A stretch of 63,770 bases of DNA, filler included, from Folioceros fuciformis (GCA_049999805.1; 20 parts of 20 records of this genome joined end to end with filler, not necessarily neighbours in it); one strand, 5' to 3'; shown: positions 22,542 to 35,399, counted from the whole stretch's first letter. A program made the numbers and translations. Notes: generated from the sequence alone by a model not told the origin.

Positions 22542-23810
22542 TCACACCGATGCCAGCCAATCGGGTTCGAACGGAAAGCGGACCAACTGGTACGCCCAAC
22601 CTTGACCGAGGTAGGGCCCGAACAGCAAGCGCTCCCAAGTGTCTTGACCAAAATTATACACAGCCATTTGCAGGGAGCCAACAAAGATCCTGGAAAAGAA
22701 GAGGCGCTCCTTGTCCGCGACACACATGAAGCTATCCCCACAAGGCCCGCACACCTCGAACGGCATCTCGGCCAGCAGATCCCAGTCCAGCGCCTGCGAA
22801 GCGGGATCCCATTTGAACACCGAGATGTGCTTGAGGTTAGCGGGCATCTCATCACGCTCGAGCACAAACAGCAGATGGCCCTCCCAGTCCAGGACGTTGG
22901 TCACGGACTGGGCGCGCTCCCGAGGAATGATCCTGGGGCTGGCATCCCATTGCCTCCTCCGCACGTCGTAGCTCATGATGCCGCAATTTCCCGCCGCGTC
23001 CATCCCCAGGCAGTAGAGGATGCCATTGCAGTAGGCGCTGCTGCACTTAACCAAGGGGTGCAGCGGGGGCCGTCCCGCCACAGCCCACACGTTCTCCGAG
23101 GACTCGAACACATGCGTGCGCTGCTCGTCATCGTCGTCCACCACCACAATCCAGTACCTGTTGCGGGCCTTGTCAGGGATGAGGCGCAGCAGGCTGTACT
23201 CCTTCACCAGAAAGCCATACTCCTCCGGAAAATCCACGGGCACGGGGCTATGCAGCGTGTCGGGGAGCTCCCGCACCTGCCCCGAGAGCGGATTGCACAC
23301 AACGTGCAGCATCCGCTTCTCCCTGCTCACGTAGGTGAAGAGCAACAATCCCCCTGCCCCGGTGACGCTAACGTGGCCCAGAGTGTGCGGGAAGCGCGGG
23401 GGCGGCGGCAGCTTCTGCCACCTCCTGTGCACGAAGTCGTAGGCCACCGAGTCCCTCCTCCCCAGCTCCACCCTCCTCCCCCCGGGCAGCCTCGGCCCAG
23501 CCCCCCGGTCAGGCCCCTCGTCCACGTCCGCCCCTAAGACCTCGTCTGCCCGCAGCAGCACAAACAGCCCCAGATACCTGTTTTGCACCGAACGCTCCGC
23601 GAACATGGATCGGAACTCCTGCGACAGGAAGCACGAGTTCCACCTCTTGCACAGCGTTCGCGCTTGAAAGAGGCGAGACAGCGGCAGGCGCGCTATCACC
23701 CTGTCTATCAGCGGCTCCGGCAGCTCGCTCCACCTCTCCCCGCGCCGCCCGCCCCACCTCTGCTCCATCTCTTGTGCCTTCCCCGCCTCCATGTCCTCAC
23801 CAATTCCCAT
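22542..23810 (-). CDS. F-box protein with C-terminal kelch/FBA-like beta-propeller (intronless)
   Basis: F-box WSELPEPLIDRVIARLPLSRLFQARTLCKRWN, plus GAGGLL, VCNPLS and CNGILY. First in-frame ATG at 23810; the frame stays open to 24005. Confidence 0.9.
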   Translation of the reverse strand: MGIGEDMEAGKAQEMEQRWGGRRGERWSELPEPLIDRVIARLPLSRLFQARTLCKRWNSCFLSQEFRSMFAERSVQNRYLGLFVLLRADEVLGADVDEGPDRGAGPRLPGGRRVELGRRDSVAYDFVHRRWQKLPPPPRFPHTLGHVSVTGAGGLLLFTYVSREKRMLHVVCNPLSGQVRELPDTLHSPVPVDFPEEYGFLVKEYSLLRLIPDKARNRYWIVVVDDDDEQRTHVFESSENVWAVAGRPPLHPLVKCSSAYCNGILYCLGMDAAGNCGIMSYDVRRRQWDASPRIIPRERAQSVTNVLDWEGHLLFVLERDEMPANLKHISVFKWDPASQALDWDLLAEMPFEVCGPCGDSFMCVADKERLFFSRIFVGSLQMAVYNFGQDTWERLLFGPYLGQGWAYQLVRFPFEPDWLASV

Positions 23811-24442
23811 TCCCTTGGCCCCTGCGCAAGCGCAAGCGGAAGCCCAAGCCCAAGCCCCAGCCACGGCGAAGGAGCCAGCCCAGCCCACAGGAGGAGGGAA
23901 GTGGCATTCTGTACACCTGTCCGCTCCGAAACGGCCCCCGTAACGCAGCGACGCAGCCGCAGCCGCAGGCCAGGTACCGCCTACCAAGGACCCTCCTGAG
24001 GACACGGGAAGGAAAAACTCGGTCAGGAGTTAGGACGGCCTCTGCCTCTGCCCTCCAAACTTGCTTTTTTACGCTGCCTCACTTCGTCTAGCTGCAACTG
24101 ATCACACCCCTGAAGTAACCAACAACCAGTGGGCGGACGGCCCACGGGATAAAATAACACTATGTATTTACCTGGAACCGACTCCGTATTCCTTCAATCT
24201 CGGGAAGATCCCTTCGGCACTGCAGTCGTGTATCCACCTGCACCCGCGGGCCTGCGGCTGGGGCTGGCCTAATATTCTTCTCACACACACTGTACATGCC
24301 TCTTTTTCCTCTTGAGCCGTCCTTTAACCACGTACATTACCCTTTCCCTGCGTACACTACACACCTACGTACACACATTCACACACTCTTAGGTCTAAGT
24401 GCACTTTTCCAATAGAGAAACATGGGAGCTGCCACAACTGTC

Positions 24443-24575
24443 AGCCGAGCCGGGCCGGGCCGAGCCCAGCAGGGCAGAGCCGAGCCGGGCCGAGCCCAGC
24501 AGAGCCGAGCCGGGCCGAGCCCAGCAGAACCGAGCCGGGCCGGGCAGGTCCGAGCCCAGCACAGTCGAGCCGAGG
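24443..24575. repeat. GC-rich GCCGA/GCCGG/GCCCA pentamer array
   Basis: Iterated GCCGAGCCGGGCCGAGCCCAGCA units lying between the AP5Z1 3' end and the F-box 5' end. Confidence 0.9.
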
Positions 24576-24684
24576 CTTCACGAACGGTGCCCGACCGGGA
24601 TAGGAATCCCACCCGGAAATAGTACACCACCTACAAATTTTGGAGGCCGCGTTTTTCTCTGCCTCGCTCGCAAGAAAAGAAATT

Positions 24685-27600
24685 TCACATTCGCCTCCCG
24701 ATTATATCTGACAACGAGTAGTCGTGATAAGGTGGGCCTGCATACGTACAGGGTGATGAGGGCGCATGGGAAGGAAGGTATCAGAACATGAAGGAAACAG
24801 GTGCAGTTGCGGGAGGCCCATTTGTGTCTCCCCACTCTCTCACCACCAACATGTTCGCAAAAAGACGGGCTTTACCGTCACTGTCGCCGAGGATGTGGAA
24901 GGGAACGTGCGCGATTGCCTTCCTTCTGCCCTCCATCCATGATATGCTTCCAGGTCGATTGGATCCTTCCAATGGGCCCAACATGGATGCGCAAATGGCG
25001 GGTTCCTGCATGAGGCCTAGGAGATCCTGTGCCCGCCTCCAGACGATTTCGTCCAGCACCTGTTGAGATCGGGCAATCTGCCACGGTTGTAACAGTCCAA
25101 CTACACCAAGTCAACGAGATGAAATCGGTTGTGAACCATCTGACGTGAAAAATGATGAAAACCACCGGCATACACAGAGGATGGACGGATAAAACCCACC
25201 TTTTGAAGAGACACGCGAGCTCTTGCAAAAAGCTCCCTGTGGCGGGTTGCAAGTTTTGCAATAGCTGTGACAAGGAAACAAAGCAAACGTGCCTGGGCGG
25301 GCGTCCCTGCTGGAGCGCCGTTTACTGCTGTGCCTGCAAGGGGTCCTTTAACCGCGGCTGTTGTCGCTGTTCTTGCTACTCGACTGTAGACCCCCAACAC
25401 AACCCACATGAGCAAGGAATACGTAACATTCCAACACTGAACGAGCGTGGTTACGGCAACACCTTGAGGAAAGATTCTCGTACAATAGTAGTTCCAAGGA
25501 CTCGAATAACTCCCGAGCTTCGGCTTTGTAGGAATCTCCCCCACCTCCATATTCCCCGACCGCCCAACAAAGCTGCAAAGCTAATTCTGCCTGCCAAAAT
25601 TGCAACGCCTATTCAATTCTTGCCACTTGTGGAAAACAAAAGCAAAAGGATGCCATGCACATGTCTGTCGAAAAGGAAAAAAGGGATAAGTGAGAAACAC
25701 GAGGAAGGGCGTACCTTGTCAGCATCTGTGTGTTGCTGCCCAAGCCTGTCTATGATTGGCTTCTGCGGGAAAGACAACGCACAGCTGCAGTTCAAGAGAA
25801 GAAGCAGGGAAAACTGAAACCAAACCGCCGGGACATCAAAAACCTTCCAATATCTACTGAACAGTAACACCTTGCAACCAAACTAACATGCATGCATTTG
25901 TGGTACAATTATGTTGCAGTCTGGGAGGAACACACAGTTACGATTAGACTATCATAAGATTGGTGGGCAGGAACCTTTAGGATTGCTACAAAATGTGGCG
26001 ACTTGTTAAAAGTGTTCAAGATGAACTCCATGCACCGTCGATGCATCTGGTGCCAACAAGAAAAAGAAACCAGGTTGAATTGTGAGTTTGCTTTCGAAGT
26101 ATATGTTGCTGAAAGCCAACACGTTAAGAGATTCGACATCCGCAGACTGTACTGCCGGAAAAAAAGAGCCACGATGGTGAGCTTCGTACCTCCCTGGAGA
26201 GTACGTCATCGGGGAACATGGCATTCACACGGGTGAACACTAAAGGTAGTACTGCACACTGCATTGCTGTTTAAAACAGGCAATCAACGCTTAGAATTCC
26301 AAAGTGCATCCCTTAGAATCCATTCAAACGAAAACACAATACAAGGTAAGAACCATACGCTCATTGACATCCCGCAATGAAATAGCAAAGTAGACATCAA
26401 GCATGAGGGGTGACAGGTCCAGGGCAGACTGAAGCCTGTCAGATGTCTTGGATCCTCGAAGTACTGCTAAAGCTTCAGCCATTCCTTCAATGGACCAATG
26501 CCGCTCCTGCTTGTTCAACATAAGTTTGCTGAGACTTGGTCAGAACCGGCAATGTATATCAGCCTGTTTCAAGAGAAATGCCACATACACGAACCGCACA
26601 AAACAACCACGACCTCTTCTGGATTACTTACAGGAAGGCCCTCGTTTTCATCTTTCAAGAGGTCAGCAAACAGAGAATGTGCTTCCTTCACTGCAAAGCT
26701 GGCTTCGTCCTCCTCCGAGTCAGTCCCTTGATCATCAAAGGTGGGCGCTCCAATGTACGCTTGATCCATTATTTTCAAAAGTGCCTGAGAAACGCAGTCT
26801 CAGATAGGACTTCAAACCTCTTGACAGGAGGCCTCAGACCCTTACATCAGCTGTCTCCGGCCGTGTCCGAACAGAAGACAAGGACGCCGTGGTAAGCCCT
26901 CCACTTCGCTGTTCCAGGTCCTCCAGTGCAAGAACCAGCGCTGCAATGAGATGAAAAGAGAATGAAATAAGAGAGGGATCTGAGGACTAGAATGCACTCG
27001 CCATTTAAGTGAGACGTACTATTCCAGCCTGATAAAGACCATGCGTATTCACATTAGGTGTTCAACTTACTAGGAAAGTCTAGTATGGCCGGGAATATGG
27101 ACAAGAACGAAGAAGGCCCGATCAAAGCAGAAAGTAGCTTGAGGAACGGCTTGCTGAACCTGCAAAAATGGCGGTGGCCTTGCTTCAACGTTTCAGACAA
27201 TCCTATGTGAAGAGGTATCTTGCAAAAGTATCTCTAGAGAAGTGTTCATGAAACAAAAAAAAAAAAATGTGTACCAGGCTCGGGGATAGGCTCCTGGACA
27301 AAATTTCTATAATTAGACTAAACGAATAAACAGAACACGTACTCTTTACCTCCCCATGCTGCTACCTTGAATAGTAGAGGGTAAAACTGCAAGCAAGGTC
27401 ATACTTAGCCAAACTTTTCCATGGCATAATCGACATAAAGACAAACACCACGCATGATATTGCATGTACATAGCACTAACCTGTACGAGCACGCTTGCAT
27501 GAGAAGCCAAGAGTTTCACCTTGTTCTCATTCAGGAAATCCAGCGTTGCTATGCCAACCTCTGTGTCAGCATACTGCCTGCGGAATTATTGCACCAGCAT

Positions 27601-27840
27601 ACTTCTCGTGAGCACATTCATCTGATAAGGCACGCCAAAAGACAAATAAACTCCTGGTTGCGAGATTTCTCTACATACTGAGGCAACCAATTTAACACAT
27701 GAAGGAGCTATCACGCTCTTCAACCGGGGGCTGAGCAATAACCTGGTGAGAATCAGTCGAAAAAACGACCTAAGGCTGGGATCAAAATCATGCAACACCA
27801 AGTCTCCATAGTCCAGAAAGTACTGCAAGATGGCCTGTCA
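24685..27840 (-). CDS. AP5Z1: AP-5 complex subunit zeta-1, multi-exon, 5' end missing
   Basis: Exon peptides ILQYFLDYGDLVLHDFDPSLRSFF, FYPLLFKVAAW, LFADLLKDENEGL, LALQLCWAVGEYGGGG...ARELFESLELLLYENL, VTAIAKLATRHREL, VWRRAQD, and terminal GPPYHDYSLSDII with stop at 24685-24687. Confidence 0.9.
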
Positions 27841-28023
27841 AAATTCAAGCACAGAATTCCCATCAAACACTTCTGTACAGACACGATGGCATCATAATCA
27901 TGCCAGCCACCTTTGCCACATTGNNNNNNNNNNNNNNNNNNNNNNNNNNNNNNNNNNNNNNNNNNNNTTAATTAATTAANNNNNNNNNNNNNNNNNNNNN
28001 NNNNNNNNNNNNNNNNNNNNNNN

Positions 28024-29269
28024 TGAATCATTTCATGGAATGTTAGGGGCTTGGGGGGTTGGTCCAAGACGGCTTCAAAATGTAGGAGGTAGAAGCACCT
28101 GTTAGAAGAAGAGGTCACCTGGGATATTGTTTGCCTGCAAGAGCATAAGCTTTCTTCGGAGCATATCCAAAAAGTGAAGAAGCTTTTCCTTCGAGGTAGA
28201 ACAGTATGGGTGGCAGCTAGGGTAGATGAAGAAGGCGGTGGGGATTGTCCGACTCAGCGTCTATCAGCAACCAGGGGGGGCGTATCCATAACTGTTCACC
28301 CTGAGCACACTCACAACATCTTGGAGTCGGGGTAAGATGAGGGTGGTAGGTTTGTTTGGCTGGTGTTGCAAACACCTCAAGGCCCCCTCGGTGTCTATAA
28401 TATTTATGCCCCCAATGCTGCCTCTGACATGAGTAGACTGTGGAGTAGGCTGGGGGAACAATTGGATGAGCAGATCCCTTGGATGTTGGCCGGGGATTTC
28501 AACTTTGTCGAAAGAAGGGAAGATATCCGAGGGGAGAGCCTGGCAGAGTTTCGGTCGGTGCCCATGTCCTGGCAGGAGCTGAGAGACACTATCTTGGCTG
28601 TGCAAGATCCGTGGCTGGCCTTACCAGCACACCGTCAGCCGCAATCCTTGAGGTTCAGCTGGTCTAACTAGCAACAACAAAATTTGGGTGCACGCAGGCT
28701 GGACAGGCTCTATGTTCCGTCGGTCTGGCTACCACTGGTATAGTCGTACAGTATTCTTGCTGGTACGATCATGTCGGACCATCATCCAATTAGCCTACAC
28801 TTGAGGCTTGCCCCTGCCGCAGGGCGACAGAGGAGGTTTATGCAAAATTACCGGATGAACACCTCCTTACTCAAAGAAAAAGGGGTGTTCAAGGAGGTCA
28901 AAAGCATCTGGCAGGGAATTGAACAGGGGGAAGAGCCTGCTGTGTCTAGATTAATAAGTGTTAACAATGCTGCGACTAGGTTTTTGAGGAATCGGGGAGT
29001 CCAGCGTGCGAAGGGACTGTGCTAGAAAGAATGTTTTTGGAGAGAAGAACTAAGTTGGCTTCAAAGGCGGGGTGAGGAGAGGGACTCCACAATCAAAGAA
29101 GAAGCCCGGAAAATAGAGGGACAAAGCGCTTTGGCCAAGTTAGAAGAAGACATGGCTAGAGGTTGGTTCAAACGGGCGAAAGTTAAGTGGGTGAAGGAAG
29201 GGGACGGTTCGTCGAAATTCTTCTTCAACAAGGTAGCTGCGAACCGGCATAGGACGCGCATTCCTGAGG
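28024..29269 (+). mobile_element. L1-clade LINE ORF2 endonuclease (APE) region, decayed
   Basis: IISWNVRGL, IVCLQEHK, NIYAPN, AGDFN, RLDRLY, SDHHPI and KWVKEGDGSSKFFF, with in-frame stops. Confidence 0.92.
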
Positions 29270-29649
29270 TGTGGGCTTTTGGCTTCACCAATGGGTATGC
29301 ATAGAGCCCAGGGAGAGGAAAGAATTCAGACACCACGGAGAGAAAAGAATTCAAACACCACGGAGAGGAAAGAATTTAGACACCAAGAGACCAGGATGAC
29401 CCTTAGCCTACTTAGACTATGCTATTCTTGGAAGTACACCTAACAAAATTAGGAGGTGTAGATGCGACGGGGGAGAGAGATGTCATATCCTTGCATGGAA
29501 AGGATAAACAAACAATTTATCCATAACTAGATTATAACTAAAAAGCCGACACAAATGCACACCAAAACGCAGAAACTAGACAGAACTGAAATGTGTGCAG
29601 AAAGCTGGCCTCATATAGTCCAGATAAAAATGATTAATATATAAGTACA
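29270..29649. mobile_element. Probable LTR-like insertion with a 25-bp triple repeat
   Basis: TGTGGG begins where LINE coding similarity ends. GGAGAGGAAAGAATTCAGACACCAC x3 at about 29311-29386. Right boundary uncertain. Confidence 0.45.
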
Positions 29650-30778
29650 TATTACCAGCATCTCTCTGGAGCGGGCCCCCTACCCGGGTTTTGCGCTCCG
29701 TCCATTAAATATATAGGCCTGCGCAGAATACACTGCTGGACACGCACCGTGAAAACCAAATGGCGATTTATCACCCGGCGAAGGCTTTTTTCCCTTAATC
29801 AACCATCACAATGGTAACTCTAACCGCGTCGTTCCTTTTGTCCTCAACGTTACGAAGGAGGCGGCGACACCGTAAGCCGCAATTTTCCTCACTTTTCCTA
29901 CCTTAGGAAAGTCTAAACTGCGCAGTCTCGGCCTCGGTGTCGTTCGCCCTATCAGAGGCCCTTCACACAGCGCCTTGTGTCCTTATCCTTCATACTTTCA
30001 GATCCTGTAGGCTACGCTTGTCTCCTTCAGCCCATGCTTGCCACGCTCATGCTGTTAGGGCTACTCCCTGTGTCCGCCCCAGGTCTCCTTACTCTCATCT
30101 TCTCCAAGATTGCACTCCCCCGGGCGTATCAGATCCAGCCGTTTCCAGCCTCGAGTTGTGTGGCATACGGAAGATGAGGCCAAGGATTTCCTTGCACAAG
30201 ATTGCGGCGAGGTAGGGCGGGATTGCAGCGACAATTCTGCACCAGTGGATGGATCATCGACAAGACTAGGTTACAACTCAGCCGCCTCCGCATTAGCTCA
30301 AGTTGTCGCGAGGTTTCTTACAAGGTCCTGCCTGGAGAGAGTACGAGTACATGCATACTTTGGCAGCAGCTCGAAGTCCGAAGCCGCCAATGTAGACAAG
30401 ATGCCATTCTGCAGCCAGCAGTGTGCATGCAGGTGGAAAGATCTGGTTTCCACCTCTCACAGCGTCTGTCTCCTTCGTCACCAGAGGCAAGTTCCGATGA
30501 ACTTTACGTATTTTTAAACTCCGTCAGTCTTCAAAAGTCATTGAATTCGTTAGTACTGAAAGAGCTTCGTCTCATTACCCTCTGCTGGTGGCCTGGGGTG
30601 CCATTATGGGACGCGTCGATAACCTCATCAAAGCGCTACGCGTCCTCGTCGGCTTCGCCACTGTACTCTCTATTTAGGNNNNNNNNNNNNNNNNNNNNNN
30701 NNNNNNNNNNNNNNNNNNNNNNTTAATTAATTAANNNNNNNNNNNNNNNNNNNNNNNNNNNNNNNNNNNNNNNNNNNN

Positions 30779-33700
30779 TTTGGGATCACCTTGGACTGCA
30801 ACATGGTAGGGGCTGAAGCAGCAAATGTGGAAGGATAGGCTGTTGGAGTTGCTGAAGGGAAGGGCCAGGAAAAAGCCTCCCATGCCAAGAGGGGTGTGAA
30901 GGAAGGTGAGATGAGGGAAGGGGGCTGTGACCCAAGGTCTGAAGGGCCTGCTGGTGAGGATACAGAGGTCACTAGATTCACCTCTGAAGACCTATTCAGG
31001 GCATGGGGAATGAGGGAGGAAGATCCCCGAAAGCTGGAAGAAGGGTTTGGAGTCAGCTTTGCACCTGTGGAGCGTGAATGGGTGGAGGCTGATGAAATTA
31101 AGGATGTGGAGGTGTTGCCGGGCAAGGTGCTGAAGTTTTCCAAACAGCTAGATGCCAAATTGGAGGAGGGAATAAAGCAACTCCTGGCTGAGTTCATCGA
31201 TGTGTTTGCCTTTGAGGTGACGGACGTGAAGGGAATTCCCAAAGAGTGGGGGGAGCACAAGATCGACTTGGAGCCAGGCACTGTCCTCGTTCAAATTCCA
31301 CAGTACAAGATGAATCCAAAATACTCCATGAAGGTAAAGGAACAGCTGGAGCAGTACTTGAAGGCAGATGTGATTTTTCAGATTGTGAACTCAGATTGGG
31401 TGGCCCCAATCGTGGTGGTGCCCAAGAAACAGCCGGGGAAGATCCGGGTGTGCCAGGATTGGAGAAGGTTGAACAAAGCCACCAAGAAGGATCATTTCCC
31501 CTTGCCATTCATTGACAACATTCAGGATTTGGTGGCTGGCCGCATGATTTACTCCTTTTTGGATGGCTATTCTGGTTACAATCAGCTGTCCCTAAGGGAG
31601 AGTGACTGGCCATTGACAGCCTTCACAACTGATTGGGGGACATTCGCCTACAAGAGGAGTGCTTTTGGGCTGACAGGAGCACCGGGGCCCTTTATGCGTA
31701 GCATGTACAAGATCTTCAAGGATTTCCTCCACAAGTTCCTAGAGGTGTTCATAGATGATTTTTGTGTGTCTGGAGGGGTGGAGTAGCATCTGGAGCACCT
31801 AAGGCTGTGCTTGGCCAGGTGCCGTGAGACGCAGCTTTGTTTGCATTCGGAGAAATGCTATTTTGGCATGGTTGAAGGGATCTTGCTAGGTCATAGAATT
31901 TCAGCACGGGGCATTGAAGTGGACCCGGACAAGGTGAAGGTGATTGCTGCCTTGAGGGCCCCACACTCAAGGAGCTGCGTGGATTCCTTGGGATGGTAGG
32001 ATACTACCGCTGGTTCGTGCCAAATTTTGCTAGACGAGCTGCCCCTTTAACGAGCCTATTGAGGAAGGAGCAATCTTGGGAGTGGACAGCGGTGAGGGAG
32101 GCTGCGTTTCAGGACTTGAGGACCACTCTTGTGACAGCACCAACACTTAAGGGGCCTGATTGGGACAAGAAATTCCATGTGTACGTGGATGTTTCAGCCT
32201 TTGCCATTGGGACAGTCCTTAGCCAACGGGATGAGAAGGGGAGGGACTACCCAATCTACTATGCTGGACGTCAAGTTACGGAGGTTGAACGCAAGTACAC
32301 CACAACCGAGAGGGAGGCACTTGGCATGGTCTACTCTTGTCGTAAATTCCGCCACTACCTCCTCTCCTATGAGTTTGTCTTCCATGTTGATCATTTTGCT
32401 CTCAAGCACTTGGTCAACAAGGCAGACCTATCGGGCCACATAGCTCGCTGGATCTTGCTCTTGTAGGAGTTCACATTCACCGTGGAAACAAGGGAAGGGC
32501 ACAGGCATGTGGATGCTGATTTTCTATCCAGGCTGAAAATAGAGAAGGTGGTTCAGGACCAAGAAGATGATTTTCTGGATGAGGCATTTTTAGCAGACCT
32601 AGTGGAGAAGGAGAGGGCCAAACCAAATGTTAGGTTGCCAAGAGGTGAAGGTACAGCACCAAATGAGAAGGGGAGAAGAGGGCTCCGTAAGCCTTCCTAC
32701 CAAGAGGTGTCTGATTTTTTAGGCACGGGGGAATTTCCAGTTGATCTCACACGGCAGCAGCAGCGGCTGTTCTTGTACTTCACAAGGCTGGTGGTTAAGT
32801 ACAAGGGCAGGCTGTATCGCACAGGGGCTGATGGCGTGGAGAGGTTGTGGGTCAAACTTGGCCAAGTAGAGCAAGTTATCAGCTCCCTACATGAGGGAGA
32901 GGCTGGAGGCCATTATGCAGCCCATGTGACCTGCAGAAAAATTCTGGTAGCAGGGTATTGGTGGCCAACAATGCATGCTGATGCTGGAGAATTCATCAAG
33001 AGGTGTGATGCATGCCAAAGGGTGGGGAAGCCTACTAGGACCACACAATGGCCATTGGTCCCCATCCTAGCCCTAGCACCATTTGAGAAGTAGGGGATTG
33101 ATTTTGTAGGACCAATTCAGCCCAAGCCCAAGGGAAGGCAGAACCAATACATCCTGGTGGCAACTAACTACTGCACACGCATGGTGGAGGCCCAAGCTTT
33201 GCCCGTGGACACAACAAATGTGGTGGCCCAATTTTTGTTTGAGCAAATCATCACAAGGTATGGGTGCCCGTTGGAGCTGGTGAGTGATAGGGGGACTCAC
33301 TTCATCAATGAAGTGGTCAAGCACATGACTGAATACTTCAATATCAATCATAGGAAGACCACTCCCTACAACCCTGAGGCCAATGGACTCACGGAGAAGG
33401 CTAACGGGCTGTTGTGCAAGATTCTCAGCAAACTCACCGTCACCTATGCTCATAACTGGGATAGGAAACTCCATGCAGCCTTGTGGGCGTATAGGACTGC
33501 TGAGAAGGTTACTACCCAGTAGACCCCTTATCACCTCACCTATGGACACTCACCGGTCATGCCCATCGAATTTGAGGTACCCACCTTGAGAATGCAGGAG
33601 AGCAACCGATTGCATGTGGAGGAGAGACAGTTGGAGAGGTTGACCAGTTTTTTGCAGCATGATGAGGACAAGGGACAGGCGATGGCTGTTTTCCTTGATG

Positions 33701-33945
33701 TCCAAGAGAGGAGGAAGAAGTGGCATGACCAGAGGTTGCGTAAACAAGAGTATGTTGTGCCTGGAGATTTAGCCTTGCTATATGACAATAGGTACATGCA
33801 CTTTCCAGGTAAGCTTCATTTGAGATGGATGGGACCTTACAGGGTGCTGCAGGTGTATGAGAATGGGTCCATTCAACTGCAGCACCTCAACGGCCCTAAC
33901 TTGCCAACCAGGGTTAATGGCTGGCGTGTGAAGAAGTATTATTAG
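30779..33945 (+). mobile_element. Ty3/gypsy pol (RT-RNase H-integrase), non-chromovirus type, decayed
   Basis: KDHFPLPFID, FLDGYSGYNQ, FIDDF, YVDVSAFAIG, CDACQR, LVSDRGTHF and GPY. Ends VNGWRVKKYY with no chromodomain. Stops and one frameshift. Confidence 0.95.
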
Positions 33946-33964
33946 TAGTTGGTGAGGACGCCAA

Positions 33965-34290
33965 CAAATGAGAAGGGGAGTATGTGGACTCCACATGCTG
34001 AACAGACCCCTGGGAAATGATGGGTTCTCTTTTTTTTTGGATCTGTGAGTGAGTGTTGTAAAGGAAAGGTTAGAAGATTCGGTTAGATTAGAGTTAGATT
34101 AGAGTTAGGGTTAGGATTAGGTCGGACTTAGGTTTAGGAATTTGACAAGTGGAGGGTTCTGTCTAAGGTGTGCTAACTTGGTTAGGCAGTGACAGGGGTT
34201 CCGGGCCAAGGGAGTATAAGAGGCCAGGCCTGTTATTGAGGGGGGAGGTTTTTTTGGTGAGAGCTCCCTTGACCTTGTGTGCAGGCTGCT
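33965..34290 (+). mobile_element. Polypurine tract and 3' LTR start (type D)
   Basis: CAAATGAGAAGGGGAG-TA, then TGTGGACTCCACA at 33983. TTAG(G/A) array at about 34068-34138. TATAAGAG at 34215. Confidence 0.9.
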
Positions 34291-35313
34291 NNNNNNNNNN
34301 NNNNNNNNNNNNNNNNNNNNNNNNNNNNNNNNNNTTAATTAATTAANNNNNNNNNNNNNNNNNNNNNNNNNNNNNNNNNNNNNNNNNNNNGTTATGTAAG
34401 AGTCTACCGGAGGTCAACCTCCTCCAGACTTACATCGATCCCCACTTTCCTTTTCTAAACCGGGCACCTTCCCTTCCCTCTTACCACGAGGGTCCGCTGG
34501 CTTTGAGAAGTAAATACATGAGAAGGCGCTGCTGTTCTCTAAGATTAGATTAGTGTTCGAAGGGAATAATATATTGCCCAATTCTTATATGCCTCATGAT
34601 GGATGGGGTAGATGGGTTTCTCTTGTTTTTTTATCTACATACCTATCTTTCATATTTTTACATAATGCAAGATAATAAAGTAAAATTTTTCTACTTAGGA
34701 AATAAGATGGGATATTATCTACCCCAAATGAGGTGAGACAAACTACCAAAGGTGATGGGTCATCGAGGGCTATTGCTTAAAGCCACTAAGCCTAAAAACT
34801 ATCCACAACACTCAAGACATCGTGATCTTGGAGGAGGAAGGGTCACTAAGCCTAAAAAGTATCAACAACTCAAGACATCAAGATCTAGGAGGAGAAAGGA
34901 CTATATGTGACATTAGCCAATGCCCATGCACAATGCAACGGAAAACCTATTTTTTTGTGAAAAAAAAAAATCAAATTCATACAACCTGAGGCTGACAAGG
35001 GTTACAAAGGGGACACAAAGATGCCACTAGCGCTATATCTCACCACCCATGAACCCCATGACAAAGAACCACTTGTCTTGTGCAATCTCCCAAACAATCT
35101 CTCACGGTGATCTTGTTTGAGAGGTGAATCGCCCTCCTCAAATACACATATATAGCCTTAAGTTCCACCCATGTTCTGATACTATATGGCGATCAACTAA
35201 CTATTTCAAACATAGCTATATACATAATATAGATAACTATTCCTATCTAAAACAAACATTACACTTAAAAAAATATGTCAATGCATAGGTGTAAACTCTG
35301 ACCTTTGCTTCGC

Positions 35314-35395
35314 TGTCACTTGTATGATAGTAAGGACAAAGGGTGTTCTAAGATGTCACTTGTATGATAGTAAGGACAAAGGGTGTTCTAAGATG
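35314..35395. repeat. Exact 40-bp tandem duplication
   Basis: TGTCACTTGTATGATAGTAAGGACAAAGGGTGTTCTAAGA x2. An imperfect duplication of about 60 bp also lies at about 34783-34900. Confidence 0.9.
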
Positions 35396-35399
35396 CCAT

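Noticed and set aside
22602-23537. 311-aa antisense ORF over the F-box gene (likewise 4127-4765 over MOT1)
   Set aside because: Expected shadow ORFs of GC-rich coding sequence.
24399-24791. ORF encoding RAEPS repeats
   Set aside because: Translation of the pentamer DNA repeat; no evidence of coding function.
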